Part shown: piece by piece, positions 28,664-38,119 of the stretch
Layout of the letters: each line of letters begins with the position of its first letter
Numbering within the stretch: position 1 is the stretch's first letter
Assembly (NCBI GenBank): GCA_035457485.1
Contig: DATIBO010000006.1
Span: 242,659-306,658, forward strand
Reading direction: 5' to 3'
Origin: Candidatus Saccharimonadales bacterium
GTDB lineage: Bacteria > Patescibacteriota > Saccharimonadia > Saccharimonadales > EFPC-124
DNA length: 64,000 bases
The notes under the pieces: model-generated
Databases searched by the model: none
The model's input: the letters and a program-made list of their open reading frames with translations, nothing else
What the model was told of the DNA's origin: nothing
Made by a program: the position numbers and the translations under genes

Positions 28664-30086
28664 CTTTTGTGCCAATTGGTGCAAAGTCGTATAAAGCTTT
28701 TGCATCAGCTTCACGCATATTAATACAGCCATGGCTCATTGGTGTTCCAAAGTTGTTATGCCAGTATGCGGTGTGAAAGCCGTAGTCTTTGTAAAAATAG
28801 CTAACCCAGGTTACATTCGGAAGATAATAGTAGTCGCCGGATGCGCGCGAACCACCGGTCATTACCTGGTTTGGGGTTTTATACCAAATAGCATATTCAC
28901 CGGTTGGGGTGTAAAAAGGTGCTACACCCGAAGAAATTATAAAACTTGCGACTTGCGTATCACCACTCCATAAGGTAGTTCTTTGTTCGCTCAAGTCAAC
29001 TTCTACCCAGTTCTGTCCTCCGCCCGATAAGGTAACGGTTTTAAACGGAGCAGTGACAACGGCAACTTCTTTCTCGACTGATTGATTGCTTTCTAACGCG
29101 CCTAAGATCTCACCCGCAAGCGCTTCAAGGTTTGCTAGTTGCTTGCCTTCGCGACCAGCCTGAATAACAGTCTCCGTACCAGTTTCTGGATTACGTAGAA
29201 CTTTTGCATCAAGTGGTGGCGAGGCTACGCTCGGACTCACCTTCTGACGCAAAAACTGCTCAATTTTAGCGGCGTCATAACTAAACTTAACAGTTTTATT
29301 GTCAACATCTTGAGTAATTGTCGTTATCTCGGCTATATCCTGAGGTTCGGCAAAATACATTAACCGACCTTGGTACAAAAACTTCAGCGATAGGCTTAAT
29401 CGTTTGTTAATTTCATCTTGAACGCCCTGTAGGCCATCTGGTTTAATCGCTGGCTCAACAACTGTTGTGCTCACGGTAAGAGCAACGGGCTCAGGTGTTT
29501 TTGCGACCTGCTGAAGCGAATTCGAGTACTCTGTTAAATCAAATCCTTGTCCTGGCACGCCGTCTTTAATTGTAAACTTTCGCTCTTCGGCATTGTAAAT
29601 AAGCTCAGCGTCTTTGGCGTCCGTGACCGTCTCTGGGAAGTTTTGCTTGGCAAAGTTTATAGCTGCGCCAAAATCACTAGTGTAATATAGCCCGAGTTCA
29701 CGATTTTCCCACGGTTTTGACAATTCGGCAAAAGTTCGGCCAGAATTTATGGCATCTTCTACAGTTTGGCTTACGTCGTAATGCACACCCAGATCTTGAG
29801 GTTTAGCTTCGACACGCTTTTCGCCTTGCTCGAAGATTAGACTAACTTTAGCAATCTGTTCCTCGGCAATTTTAGTGATTTCCTGGCGAGTTTTGCCTCC
29901 CACGTTAACACTACCAAGCATAGTGTTTGGTAGTGCGCGGTCTTTGAAATACCAAAGCGTGCCACAAACAGAAGCCATAATTAGTACCAGAACAGCACCA
30001 ACAATAGCCAAGCCAATTGTCTGTTTTTTTACACGCTCATCATAGCTAACATCGCCATGCTTTATATTGTTTTGATCGTCCGACAT
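28647..30086 (-). CDS. L,D-transpeptidase (YkuD domain) with N-terminal TM and PG-binding-like domains
   Basis: C-terminal catalytic motif HGCINM; single N-terminal TM. Confidence 0.85.
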   Translation of the reverse strand: MSDDQNNIKHGDVSYDERVKKQTIGLAIVGAVLVLIMASVCGTLWYFKDRALPNTMLGSVNVGGKTRQEITKIAEEQIAKVSLIFEQGEKRVEAKPQDLGVHYDVSQTVEDAINSGRTFAELSKPWENRELGLYYTSDFGAAINFAKQNFPETVTDAKDAELIYNAEERKFTIKDGVPGQGFDLTEYSNSLQQVAKTPEPVALTVSTTVVEPAIKPDGLQGVQDEINKRLSLSLKFLYQGRLMYFAEPQDIAEITTITQDVDNKTVKFSYDAAKIEQFLRQKVSPSVASPPLDAKVLRNPETGTETVIQAGREGKQLANLEALAGEILGALESNQSVEKEVAVVTAPFKTVTLSGGGQNWVEVDLSEQRTTLWSGDTQVASFIISSGVAPFYTPTGEYAIWYKTPNQVMTGGSRASGDYYYLPNVTWVSYFYKDYGFHTAYWHNNFGTPMSHGCINMREADAKALYDFAPIGTKVIVHN

Positions 30087-30135
30087 AAAATACTAGTTGC
30101 CCACCGCCATTTAAAGTGAGTATATCATAATTGTC

Positions 30136-30849
30136 TTAATATTTACGCTTTTTTGCAGTTTCACGGGCGGCGTAAGCGTAGTGATCACTGATCGGCTTTA
30201 GCTTAAATTCGCCAAATAAGTTCGAGGCTGCGGTAGCGATTAAGCCATCAGTAAACCTTGGATTATTTGGCAGCATTGGTCCGTGCAAATATGCACCAAA
30301 AACGTTGTTAGTCTGTGCGCCTTCGGTTCCATCTTGACCGTTATTACCATTGCCGCGTAAAACCTTACCAAGGGCATTCTGACCTTGGTTTAAAAATGTG
30401 CGACCGCTGTGATTTTCGAAACCGTATAAAATTCCAAATTCACTATTAACTTTTAGATTTCCGACCATACGTTGGCTGCTGGCGCGAGTTTCGGCATCAA
30501 AAATACCAATTCCTTTAATTTCTTCGCCTGTGTTAGTGATAAATTTATGACAAAAGAGCTGGTACATGCCGCATATCATGAGCATTGGTACTCCGGCGTC
30601 GGCCAGCTTGTGGAGCTCATCGCCGATCATTAAAATGTCATCTTGTATATCAGACTGCGCCGAATCTTGCCCGCCACCACCCAAAACGATATCGATATTT
30701 TTTGGTAAAGTGTTTTTTGCATGATGAAAATGCACAACTGGTTCAAAACCGTGCCACTCTATGCGGCGCATCAACGTGAGTAAGTTGCCGCGATCCCCGT
30801 ATATGTTCATTTCATTAGGGTAGAGGTGTAGAATATTAATTTTTTTCAT
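30136..30849 (-). CDS. gatD: Lipid II isoglutaminyl synthase, glutaminase subunit GatD
   Basis: INILHLYPNEMNIYGDRGN start, CGMYQ nucleophile context; overlaps murT. Confidence 0.85.
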   Translation of the reverse strand: MKKINILHLYPNEMNIYGDRGNLLTLMRRIEWHGFEPVVHFHHAKNTLPKNIDIVLGGGGQDSAQSDIQDDILMIGDELHKLADAGVPMLMICGMYQLFCHKFITNTGEEIKGIGIFDAETRASSQRMVGNLKVNSEFGILYGFENHSGRTFLNQGQNALGKVLRGNGNNGQDGTEGAQTNNVFGAYLHGPMLPNNPRFTDGLIATAASNLFGEFKLKPISDHYAYAARETAKKRKY

Positions 30850-32120
30850 AAGGTTTTACCCGCTTGTTTTTTGAGGATCTTGTAAAACTGCAACATGGCG
30901 CTGTAAGTAGTAAAAATTAGCTTATCGCCCTTTTGTCGGCTAAATTGCTTGAGCGCATCTTCGATTCTTGGCTCAATTCGCTCAACCTTAACGTCATCAT
31001 ACTGCAATCGCAACGCCATGTCGGCGGCGCGAGTTCCGCTTGTTAGTAAAACTTTTTTGCCAGCCAAGCTCATAAAATCAACATCCCAAAGCCAGCTTAC
31101 ATCGCGTCCGTCAGCATAATTATCGTTTACGGCAAACATTACCGGGCTAGTTGTAGCTGGGTAAGACGCCAGAGCTTGTCTAAAACCGGCAGGGTTTTTT
31201 ACTAAAACTAGTTGGATTTTTGACCCATCCTTTAATACAAATTCTTCGCCGCGACCAAATGCTGGTTTGACCGTGGCTAATTGTGCAACCAAAGCTTCGG
31301 GCGAGGCTTTTACTAAAGCATTCACAAGCGTTAATGCGGCCGCAGCGTTTTGGTAATTGTGCTGGCCGCTTAATTGCAACTGGGCACTAAATTCTTTTTT
31401 GCTAAAAGCATAGGTTACTTTTTGGCCATCAAAACCGGCAAGTTCGACGTCACGATGGTGAGTTTTTGTTTTCGGGGTAAGTTTTTCAACTGCCACGAGC
31501 TCGTCGTCGATAGGGAAGAACCGGCGAAGTTTTGGCTTAACTCCAAAAAAGTGGAGCTTTTGGCCGTGCTTACCTGTGATGGTTTTTGCAAGGTCGACCA
31601 AGCGCGAATCATCATCGTTTACAACAATCCCAATTTTAGCCTCGTGCATAGTTGCGCCAATCATTTTAGCGGCCGTGTCGAGCTCACCAAAACGATCCAA
31701 CTGATCGCGCATAACATTTAGCGCTAAAACCCAATTTGGCTTAACTTGAGTAACAAATTGGCGGGCGTAAGCCTCGTCGAGTTCGAAAACTCCAATATCA
31801 AAAGGTAGGTCACCTGTGAATTTAGCTTGTTGGGTTAAGCTAGATATGATCCCACGCGTAAAGTTACTGCCAGTGGGGTTAGTTAAGACTCTTTTGCCGT
31901 TTGCTTGCAAAAGCTCTACAACCATTTTTGTGGTTGTAGTTTTGCCATTAGTGCCAGTAATTACCACTACGCCATCTGGTAATTGTTGAAGCATATTTTG
32001 CAGATAGTTTGGCAAAATGCGCTCTACGACAAGCCCAGGCAGAGCTTGGCCGCCTGAACCGCGAACCTTAGTAAACCCACGAACTAGCTTGCCTAAATTT
32101 GTGCCAAAAAAACGATGCAT
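30846..32120 (-). CDS. murT: Lipid II isoglutaminyl synthase, Mur-ligase-like subunit MurT
   Basis: ITGTNGKTTTTKM P-loop, Mur ligase central domain; paired with gatD. Confidence 0.85.
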   Translation of the reverse strand: MHRFFGTNLGKLVRGFTKVRGSGGQALPGLVVERILPNYLQNMLQQLPDGVVVITGTNGKTTTTKMVVELLQANGKRVLTNPTGSNFTRGIISSLTQQAKFTGDLPFDIGVFELDEAYARQFVTQVKPNWVLALNVMRDQLDRFGELDTAAKMIGATMHEAKIGIVVNDDDSRLVDLAKTITGKHGQKLHFFGVKPKLRRFFPIDDELVAVEKLTPKTKTHHRDVELAGFDGQKVTYAFSKKEFSAQLQLSGQHNYQNAAAALTLVNALVKASPEALVAQLATVKPAFGRGEEFVLKDGSKIQLVLVKNPAGFRQALASYPATTSPVMFAVNDNYADGRDVSWLWDVDFMSLAGKKVLLTSGTRAADMALRLQYDDVKVERIEPRIEDALKQFSRQKGDKLIFTTYSAMLQFYKILKKQAGKTL

Positions 32121-32150
32121 AGAGGTATTATAACGTGATACGATAAAGAT

Positions 32151-32525
32151 ATGCTAGGTGGGTCGTTTTTAATTTGGTGGTACACCTTGGGGTGGACAAG
32201 GCTAATGCACGATGTTCTTGATCGTGTACTTGGGGTGCTGAAGTTTTTTTCGGTCGGGATATTAATTACTAGCCTGTTCGCACCTTTTAGACAGATTTCG
32301 GCAGGTCAAGTTCGAGGCAACATTAAAACTAGGCTCATTGCTTGGGCTGATCGGCAATTTTCGCGCATAATTGGTGCAATTGTTAGACTAATAATAATCA
32401 CAATTGGGTTAATTTTAGCGACTATAGTTGGAGTTTTTGGGGTGCTACTGATAGTTATCTGGCCTTTTTTACCAGTAGCGCCGTTGATCGGGATTTTCTT
32501 AATGCAAAGTGGAATTACTAAATGA
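32151..32525 (+). CDS. Small polytopic membrane protein
   Basis: 124 aa, 3-4 TM helices; ATGA overlap with the downstream AAA+ gene. Confidence 0.55.
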   Translation: MLGGSFLIWWYTLGWTRLMHDVLDRVLGVLKFFSVGILITSLFAPFRQISAGQVRGNIKTRLIAWADRQFSRIIGAIVRLIIITIGLILATIVGVFGVLLIVIWPFLPVAPLIGIFLMQSGITK

Positions 32526-34912
32526 CGCCAAATTTAAAAAGTTTACGATCAAAGCAGGCACAAGCATATGTTTTTTTAAGCAACAAACTCCTAAGAGGTC
32601 TACTTTTGGTATTTGCATTTGGTTTTATTTTTGTAGGGCTATTTTTTGTTTATCAGGGTCAAAGTAGTGGTTGGCTGATTATGACTTTAGGAGTGTGGCC
32701 GTTCTTGCCTGTGCTTTGGTATGAATGGTGGCTTAAGGTTCTGCCGGTAAATAAAACTTCTAAAAGTGTCGATGATCTTTTGGAGCCTGGGCTACTTGGC
32801 AAGCTCCCTGTTAATGCGTCGCCATCTTTAGTTGCACAAATCGTAATGAAGGAACCCGGAGGCCTGTTTTTTACAATCAGATTTGGTATTGGTCCAAATT
32901 TTTTAAAAGATCTTAGTAGCCAAAACAGTACTGATAGCGAAGAACTTTGGGAAACTTGCATACAGCTCCAGCGCGATCTAAATTTACGTGATGTTTCTAG
33001 TAGTTTGGTTGTGGCGGCGCTGATCAGAGTTTTGCCAAATCGTGATCGACTACTGGGTCAGTTGCAAATTAACTTCGATGACATTTTAAGTGGTGTTCGC
33101 TGGCATCATCACCTGAAGGATCTTATAGATAAATTTGACGGCCGTAAAATGGGTGGCGGCATCGGTCGCGACTTAAGTTTTGGCTACACAAATTTGTTGA
33201 GTCAATTTACACAAAATGTTAGCCAAGAGGTTCAGCAGGCGAACGTGTCGCGTGAGCTTGAAGGGCATCAAGACATTTTGCAGCAGCTCTTAAAGCAACT
33301 AGCCAACGGTGGAAAGCAGAATGCAATTCTGATTGGCCCAGCCGGTGTAGGTAAAACTAGTATTGTTAGAGCTCTGGCAGAGAGAATTATGCTGGATGGG
33401 CCGATGGTACCTAAAGAACTGCGCTTTTTGCAGGTCATGGCACTGGATCCGGCTGCGATTATTTCCAAGGCTCCTGGGCGAGGTGAGGTTGAGGCGCTGG
33501 TGAGTCAACTAATGTCCGAGGCCTACTTGGCTAAAAATGTAATTTTATACTTAGACAACGCCGAGCTATTTTTCACAAACCAAACAGGCGCCGTGGATCT
33601 GCAAAACATTCTGCTTCCGATTCTGGAGGCGGGTAATCTTAAAATTATCTTAAGTATGGATGAGCAGCACTTTCTGCAAATCAGCAGATCTAATCCTAAC
33701 TTGTCGCAGCAATTGAACCGCATATCCGTGCCAGCAATGAGTGAATCTGACACATACTTGGTTTGTGAAGATAAGGTTATTGAGTTTGAAGCACGACAAA
33801 AGGTTGTTTATATGTATCAAGCTCTCAAGGCGGCATATAGATTGGGCGGGCGTTACGTTTCTGACCGTGCTATGCCTGGCCAAGCGCTGACGGTTTTGGA
33901 GTCGGCGGCTCAATTTAATGACAGAGGCTTAGTTAATGAAGCTAGCATTGAAAAAACAATTGAGCAAACTTTTGGCGTTAAAATTCAAACTGCAACTAAC
34001 ACCGAAGACAAGCAAACTCTTTTAAACCTGGAACAGCTTATTCATCAGAGAATGATTAATCAAACTCGCGCGGTTGGGGTTGTGGCTAATGCACTGCGTC
34101 GTGCTCGTAGTGGTGTTCGTAATCAAAAGCGCCCAATTGGAACGTTTTTATTTTTGGGTCCGACAGGGGTTGGTAAAACCGAGTTAGCTAAAGCTTTAGC
34201 GGCGGTCTATTTTGGTGGCGAAGATCGAATGGTCCGCTTGGACTTAAATGAATACAGTCAGCCAACTGACGTGTCACGATTGATCGCTGATGCTAGCGAC
34301 GATCCTATGAGCCTAACGGCGCAAATTTCCAAGCAGCCCTTTAGTGTTGTTTTGCTTGATGAGATAGAAAAGGCGCATCCTAATGTCTTAAATACCTTAC
34401 TACAACTTTTAGATGAAGGTATTTTGCAGGATGAAAACAACCGTCAGATAAGTTTTAGGGACTCAATCGTGATTGCAACTAGCAATGCTGGGGCGGATTT
34501 GATCCGTAAGTATATTTCTGAAGGTAAGCAGCTAGATCAATTTGAGGAAAGCTTTATTAATCAGTTAATTGATTCAGGCCAGTTTAAACCGGAATTTTTA
34601 AACCGATTTGATGAGATAACTGTGTTTAGGCCGCTAACCGTTGACGAGCTATTGCAGGTGGTCGATTTAATTTTACAGGATGTTAGTAAAACGATTTCGC
34701 AAGAAGGTATTGAGGTTAAGGTGGATGAGGCAGCAAAGAAAAAGTTGGTTGAGATTGGCTACGATCCTAGATTGGGAGCCAGGCCACTGCGGCGCGTTGT
34801 CCAGCGAACTGTCGAGAACATTATTGCCAAGCGTGTGCTCAGTAACGAGCTGACACCAGGGTCAACTGTGGTATTATCGTTAGTAGATATCGAAGAGGCA
34901 TTAAAAGCATGA
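32522..34912 (+). CDS. Membrane-anchored two-ring AAA+ ATPase of the Clp/Hsp100 family
   Basis: Two N-terminal TM helices. NBD1 has Walker A GPAGVGKT with Walker B LYLDNAE. NBD2 has Walker A GPTGVGKT with Walker B VVLLDEIEKAHP. GARPLRR sensor-2 region is present. Confidence 0.85.
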   Translation: MTPNLKSLRSKQAQAYVFLSNKLLRGLLLVFAFGFIFVGLFFVYQGQSSGWLIMTLGVWPFLPVLWYEWWLKVLPVNKTSKSVDDLLEPGLLGKLPVNASPSLVAQIVMKEPGGLFFTIRFGIGPNFLKDLSSQNSTDSEELWETCIQLQRDLNLRDVSSSLVVAALIRVLPNRDRLLGQLQINFDDILSGVRWHHHLKDLIDKFDGRKMGGGIGRDLSFGYTNLLSQFTQNVSQEVQQANVSRELEGHQDILQQLLKQLANGGKQNAILIGPAGVGKTSIVRALAERIMLDGPMVPKELRFLQVMALDPAAIISKAPGRGEVEALVSQLMSEAYLAKNVILYLDNAELFFTNQTGAVDLQNILLPILEAGNLKIILSMDEQHFLQISRSNPNLSQQLNRISVPAMSESDTYLVCEDKVIEFEARQKVVYMYQALKAAYRLGGRYVSDRAMPGQALTVLESAAQFNDRGLVNEASIEKTIEQTFGVKIQTATNTEDKQTLLNLEQLIHQRMINQTRAVGVVANALRRARSGVRNQKRPIGTFLFLGPTGVGKTELAKALAAVYFGGEDRMVRLDLNEYSQPTDVSRLIADASDDPMSLTAQISKQPFSVVLLDEIEKAHPNVLNTLLQLLDEGILQDENNRQISFRDSIVIATSNAGADLIRKYISEGKQLDQFEESFINQLIDSGQFKPEFLNRFDEITVFRPLTVDELLQVVDLILQDVSKTISQEGIEVKVDEAAKKKLVEIGYDPRLGARPLRRVVQRTVENIIAKRVLSNELTPGSTVVLSLVDIEEALKA

Positions 34913-35469
34913 AGCAAAAATTTGAACAGTATTTAGGTGAGTTTGTTTATGGGGCGATTGACGGCACAGTTACTACCTTTGCCGTTGTGGCGGGTGCGGC
35001 AGGAGCCGGATTAAGCTCTAAGGTGATAGTAATCTTGGGGTTTGCGAACTTGGTCGCAGATGGGTTTTCTATGGGTGCAAGCGCTTATCTCTCGGCAAAA
35101 TCCGAGCGCGACCTAAAGATCAAAAAACATATTGAGCAAGGCGGACGTGTCGAAGACCATAAACACAATGAAACTCCACTGCAAGATGGGCTGGTAACTT
35201 CCGGTGCTTTTATCGTCGTTGGCCTACTGCCATTCATACTGTACTTAATTGACAGTATCTTTAATTTGGGGATAAACGCTAATCTGCTATTTATTTGGAG
35301 TGCAATTCTAACCGGAATCACTTTTATTGTGATCGGATTGCTTAAGGCTGTAGTGACCAAAACTAAACCGTGGCGCGCGGCACTCGAAACTTTTGGCTTG
35401 GGTGCTATTGCTGCAGTAATGTCTTATGTTTTGGGTGATGTTTTAGGTGGAGCTCTTGGCGCCAAATAG
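34909..35469 (+). CDS. VIT1/CCC1-family iron/manganese transporter
   Basis: GAIDGTVTTFAVVAGAAGAG N-terminal motif and C-terminal TM helices. Confidence 0.75.
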   Translation: MKQKFEQYLGEFVYGAIDGTVTTFAVVAGAAGAGLSSKVIVILGFANLVADGFSMGASAYLSAKSERDLKIKKHIEQGGRVEDHKHNETPLQDGLVTSGAFIVVGLLPFILYLIDSIFNLGINANLLFIWSAILTGITFIVIGLLKAVVTKTKPWRAALETFGLGAIAAVMSYVLGDVLGGALGAK

Positions 35470-35564
35470 GTAAGTTCGCTCGCTAAAACAAGCAGAGGTT
35501 AGATTAAATAGCAACATAACTTATTTTGTTTTTAGCAATGTGGTGCTATAATCTGATCTGTACC

Positions 35565-35639
35565 GCGGGTGTGGTATAACGGCTATTATTCCAGTTTTCC
35601 AAACTGGCGACGAGAGTTCGATTCTCTCCACCCGCACCA
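35565..35639 (+). tRNA. tRNA-Gly (anticodon TCC), CCA encoded
   Basis: Acceptor GCGGGTG/CACCCGC, anticodon arm CCAGT-TTTCCAA-ACTGG, T-arm GAGAG-TTCGATT-CTCTC. The D stem is weak. Confidence 0.85.
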
Positions 35640-35640
35640 T

Positions 35641-35674
35641 AAAAAATCAGTCATCGAGGCTGATTTTTTATTTT
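35641..35674 (+). terminator. Rho-independent terminator after tRNA-Gly
   Basis: AAAAAATCAGTC-atcga-GGCTGATTTTTT hairpin followed by ATTTT. Confidence 0.7.
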
Positions 35675-35761
35675 AAGTGGTTTTCCACACCCCCTTGCCA
35701 AATATAATCAATGACGTTAATAATTAATATCATTAAGATAATTAAAATAAAAAGGCAAATA

Positions 35762-36355
35762 ATGGCAAAAAACAAGGTTAAAAAGTCTAGCCCAGCTTCG
35801 AATACGAGTCCTAACGGCTCTCAAAAAAAAGATAATAACGGGTTGATATACGCAATATTTTTGATCCTGTTAGCGCTTTTGTTAGCGTGGGCGGGTTGGA
35901 TGTTATGGCGCTCACAGCGCTCGGCAACACCACTTGATACTGCCGCCCTTCAAACTGGTTTAACGGATACAGCTGGCGAGCTTGGAACTATCGGAACAAC
36001 TGGTAGTGGCGGTGGCTCTACAACTACTATTGTCGCGGTACCCGGCGCTACAGGTGCAACCGGCGCAGCAGGAAAACCAGGAGCGAACGGAAGTAATGGT
36101 GGTGATGGGTCGAATGGTGGCGTTGTAGTACCTGAAGTTGACTTGGGAACATTATCTCTTGGTTTGAACGCAGGTGACAGCCGCGCAACCGTAGAGTCTA
36201 AATTGGGTGTTTCGCCAACTTCATGTGCAGTGGTCAGCGATCTTCCGGTTGTAGGCACGACCGAGCTTTGTACCTTCCGTAACTCGGCTGGCGGCGAGGT
36301 TCAGGTTCTTTACTTAAACAATTCGGTGATTGATATAGTTAGAATCGGTCTTTAA
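35762..36355 (+). CDS. Membrane-anchored protein with short collagen-like G-X-Y run and small Cys-pair C-terminal domain
   Basis: Start moved to the ATG at 35762 (MAKNKVKK). One TM helix. Nine consecutive G-X-Y triplets GATGATGAAGKPGANGSNGGDGSNGGV (nt 36044..36121). Confidence 0.65.
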   Translation: MAKNKVKKSSPASNTSPNGSQKKDNNGLIYAIFLILLALLLAWAGWMLWRSQRSATPLDTAALQTGLTDTAGELGTIGTTGSGGGSTTTIVAVPGATGATGAAGKPGANGSNGGDGSNGGVVVPEVDLGTLSLGLNAGDSRATVESKLGVSPTSCAVVSDLPVVGTTELCTFRNSAGGEVQVLYLNNSVIDIVRIGL

Positions 36356-36369
36356 AGTTAATTAAACGA

Positions 36370-36404
36370 ATACAGTTCCGATAAAATGGAGCTGTATTTT
36401 TATT
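36370..36404. terminator. Hairpin terminator between convergent fibre genes
   Basis: TACAGTTCC-gataaaat-GGAGCTGTA (9 bp including one G-U pair) followed by TTTTTATT. It abuts the stop of the minus-strand gene. Confidence 0.6.
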
Positions 36405-38001
36405 CCGACGGAATATACTCGATCGTTACCAAGAATCCGCTCAAGCCCAAGCTCGCAACGTTAACATCATATAAAAATGTATAAACATCACCGGCGCTAA
36501 ATGTTGTTCCGGCCAGCAGGGTAGGGCTTTGTGGAGTAAATGCGCCCAGAGATACTAGTCCTAGGTTAGTGCTGGCAACGGTTGCGGCTGTAGCGGTTTT
36601 GCGCTCGATAGAAATCGTCCCGCCACCAACCCCTAAGTTTGCCCCGTTCGTAAATGTAACTTTTGTAATTGTCCCTGCAGTTGGCGCAATGAACACAGGA
36701 CGTTCAATATCACTAAGAACTGACGTAATATTACCCATTTGCACAGCTACAGTCTTGGTGTTGCTAGCCGTAGAGAGTTTACCTGTAGTCACTGCTGAAT
36801 TTCCAATTTGCAGAGTTCCAATCGCCCCATCTACAATATTTCCGCTCGCAATTGTATTGCTAGCAATCAGCCCGCCGGTGATTGTATTTGGCGCGATTAA
36901 GCTGCCAGTGATAGCCCCGAGCGCAATGTCTACTGCACTAATGCTGCCATCTATTATATTGGCACTATTAACGGCATTATTTGCAAGTAGAGTATTAGTT
37001 ATCGATCCCGGAGCGATTTTTAAGGTTGTAATTGCACCGTCTAAGATCTGTAAAGTGTCGATCGCCCCATTAGCAATGTCAGTACCTAAAATTGTACCGT
37101 TTAAAATATTACTACTAGTTATGGTGCCGGTAGCAATATCTAGACTATCTATGGTCCCGTCTAGGATTTTGCTAGAATCCACCGATCCAGCTGCGAGCTC
37201 CAATGTTCCTACGGCACCATCAACAATTTTACTGGCGTTTACGCTATCGCTCGAAAGATCCATAAACTGAACGGCACCGTCATCTATAAGAGAGCTTACT
37301 ATTGCGTCGGTCGCAATGTTGGCCGTATCGATTGTGTTGTTGGCGACATCTGTGCCCAAAATCGATCCATTGATAATATTTGAAGTACCAACGGAGTTAT
37401 TGGCTAATAGAGAGTTTGTTATTGAGCCTAAAGCAATTTCCAAAGTCCCAACGGTGCCATCTAGGATTTTATCGGCGTCAACTGATCCATTAGCGAGCAA
37501 ACTATTTGTGATCGAAGCTACAGCAATATCGACTGTGCTTATTGTACCGTTCAAAATTTTAGCAGATGTAACCGCTTGATCTAAGATATTAGTTGTGCCG
37601 ATTAAAAGACCAGATACGTCAACCGGAAGTGAGATTCCAAGGCTATTCATTAAATCCAAAACCTGCCGAGTTAAGTTCGACACAACAGTGGGGTTGTTTG
37701 CTGTTTGTTCGCCGATATAATCTACAGCCTCGGTACTCAGGTTATTAGAATTAACACTGTTATTACCGAGCCTAATATTTGTTGTATCGCCTCCGTCGCC
37801 GCCTTGAACTGTTATGTTCGTAAAGTTCGGCAATGATCGCGATGAAATATTGGCTGTTATGCCTTCTTGCGTTACAAACTCAGATTCAAATCTAGCTTGG
37901 TTCATTCGCGAGAATGCATCGAGCGAGAGCCAAGACAGTGCCAATACTAAAATAACAACAAGCGATATAACGCGGTAAACGTTAGATAGTTTCTTTTCCA
38001 C
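36400..38001 (-). CDS. Membrane-anchored fibre-like protein with 27 uninterrupted decapeptide repeats and a C-terminal globular domain
   Basis: 533 aa with an N-terminal TM (VISLVVILVLALSWLSL). Residues ~141-410 fall into exact 10-residue units such as DGTVGTLEIA, LGSITNSLLA and NNSVGTSNII, with no indels. Confidence 0.8.
   Translation of the reverse strand: MEKKLSNVYRVISLVVILVLALSWLSLDAFSRMNQARFESEFVTQEGITANISSRSLPNFTNITVQGGDGGDTTNIRLGNNSVNSNNLSTEAVDYIGEQTANNPTVVSNLTRQVLDLMNSLGISLPVDVSGLLIGTTNILDQAVTSAKILNGTISTVDIAVASITNSLLANGSVDADKILDGTVGTLEIALGSITNSLLANNSVGTSNIINGSILGTDVANNTIDTANIATDAIVSSLIDDGAVQFMDLSSDSVNASKIVDGAVGTLELAAGSVDSSKILDGTIDSLDIATGTITSSNILNGTILGTDIANGAIDTLQILDGAITTLKIAPGSITNTLLANNAVNSANIIDGSISAVDIALGAITGSLIAPNTITGGLIASNTIASGNIVDGAIGTLQIGNSAVTTGKLSTASNTKTVAVQMGNITSVLSDIERPVFIAPTAGTITKVTFTNGANLGVGGGTISIERKTATAATVASTNLGLVSLGAFTPQSPTLLAGTTFSAGDVYTFLYDVNVASLGLSGFLVTIEYIPSE
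36772..37581 (-). repeat. Coding tandem repeat, 30-nt period (27 units)
   Basis: Protein-level period of exactly 10 residues, consensus [ND]-G-[STA]-[IV]-x-x-x-x-[IL]-[AIL]. An aliphatic residue recurs every 5th position. Confidence 0.8.
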
Positions 38002-38068
38002 CCAATCACACCCTTCAAATAATATAGTAACTTAATCATGTTACTAAAAATAGTCTGACATGTGGTGG

Positions 38069-38116
38069 CAAACAAAAGCCCCCGGCCACCGAAAGTGGCT
38101 CGAGAGCTCTTGTTTG
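38069..38116 (-). terminator. Compound GC-rich hairpin after the islet gene
   Basis: Inner stem GCCAC-cgaaa-GTGGC lies within an outer stem CAAACAAAAGC/GCTCTTGTTTG, immediately after the TAA at 38120..38122. Confidence 0.5.
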
Positions 38117-38119
38117 TGG

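Noticed and set aside
36569-37579. ORFs 36569..37270 and 37316..37579 on the plus strand
   Set aside because: Antisense to the decapeptide-repeat gene. Their periodic Pro/Ile/Val-rich translation is a by-product of the 30-nt coding repeat.
36772-37581. Regular 30-nt periodicity considered as a possible CRISPR-like or satellite array
   Set aside because: The units are degenerate at the DNA level, there is no repeat-spacer alternation, and they lie wholly inside one continuous ORF with a conserved protein-level consensus. It is a coding tandem repeat.
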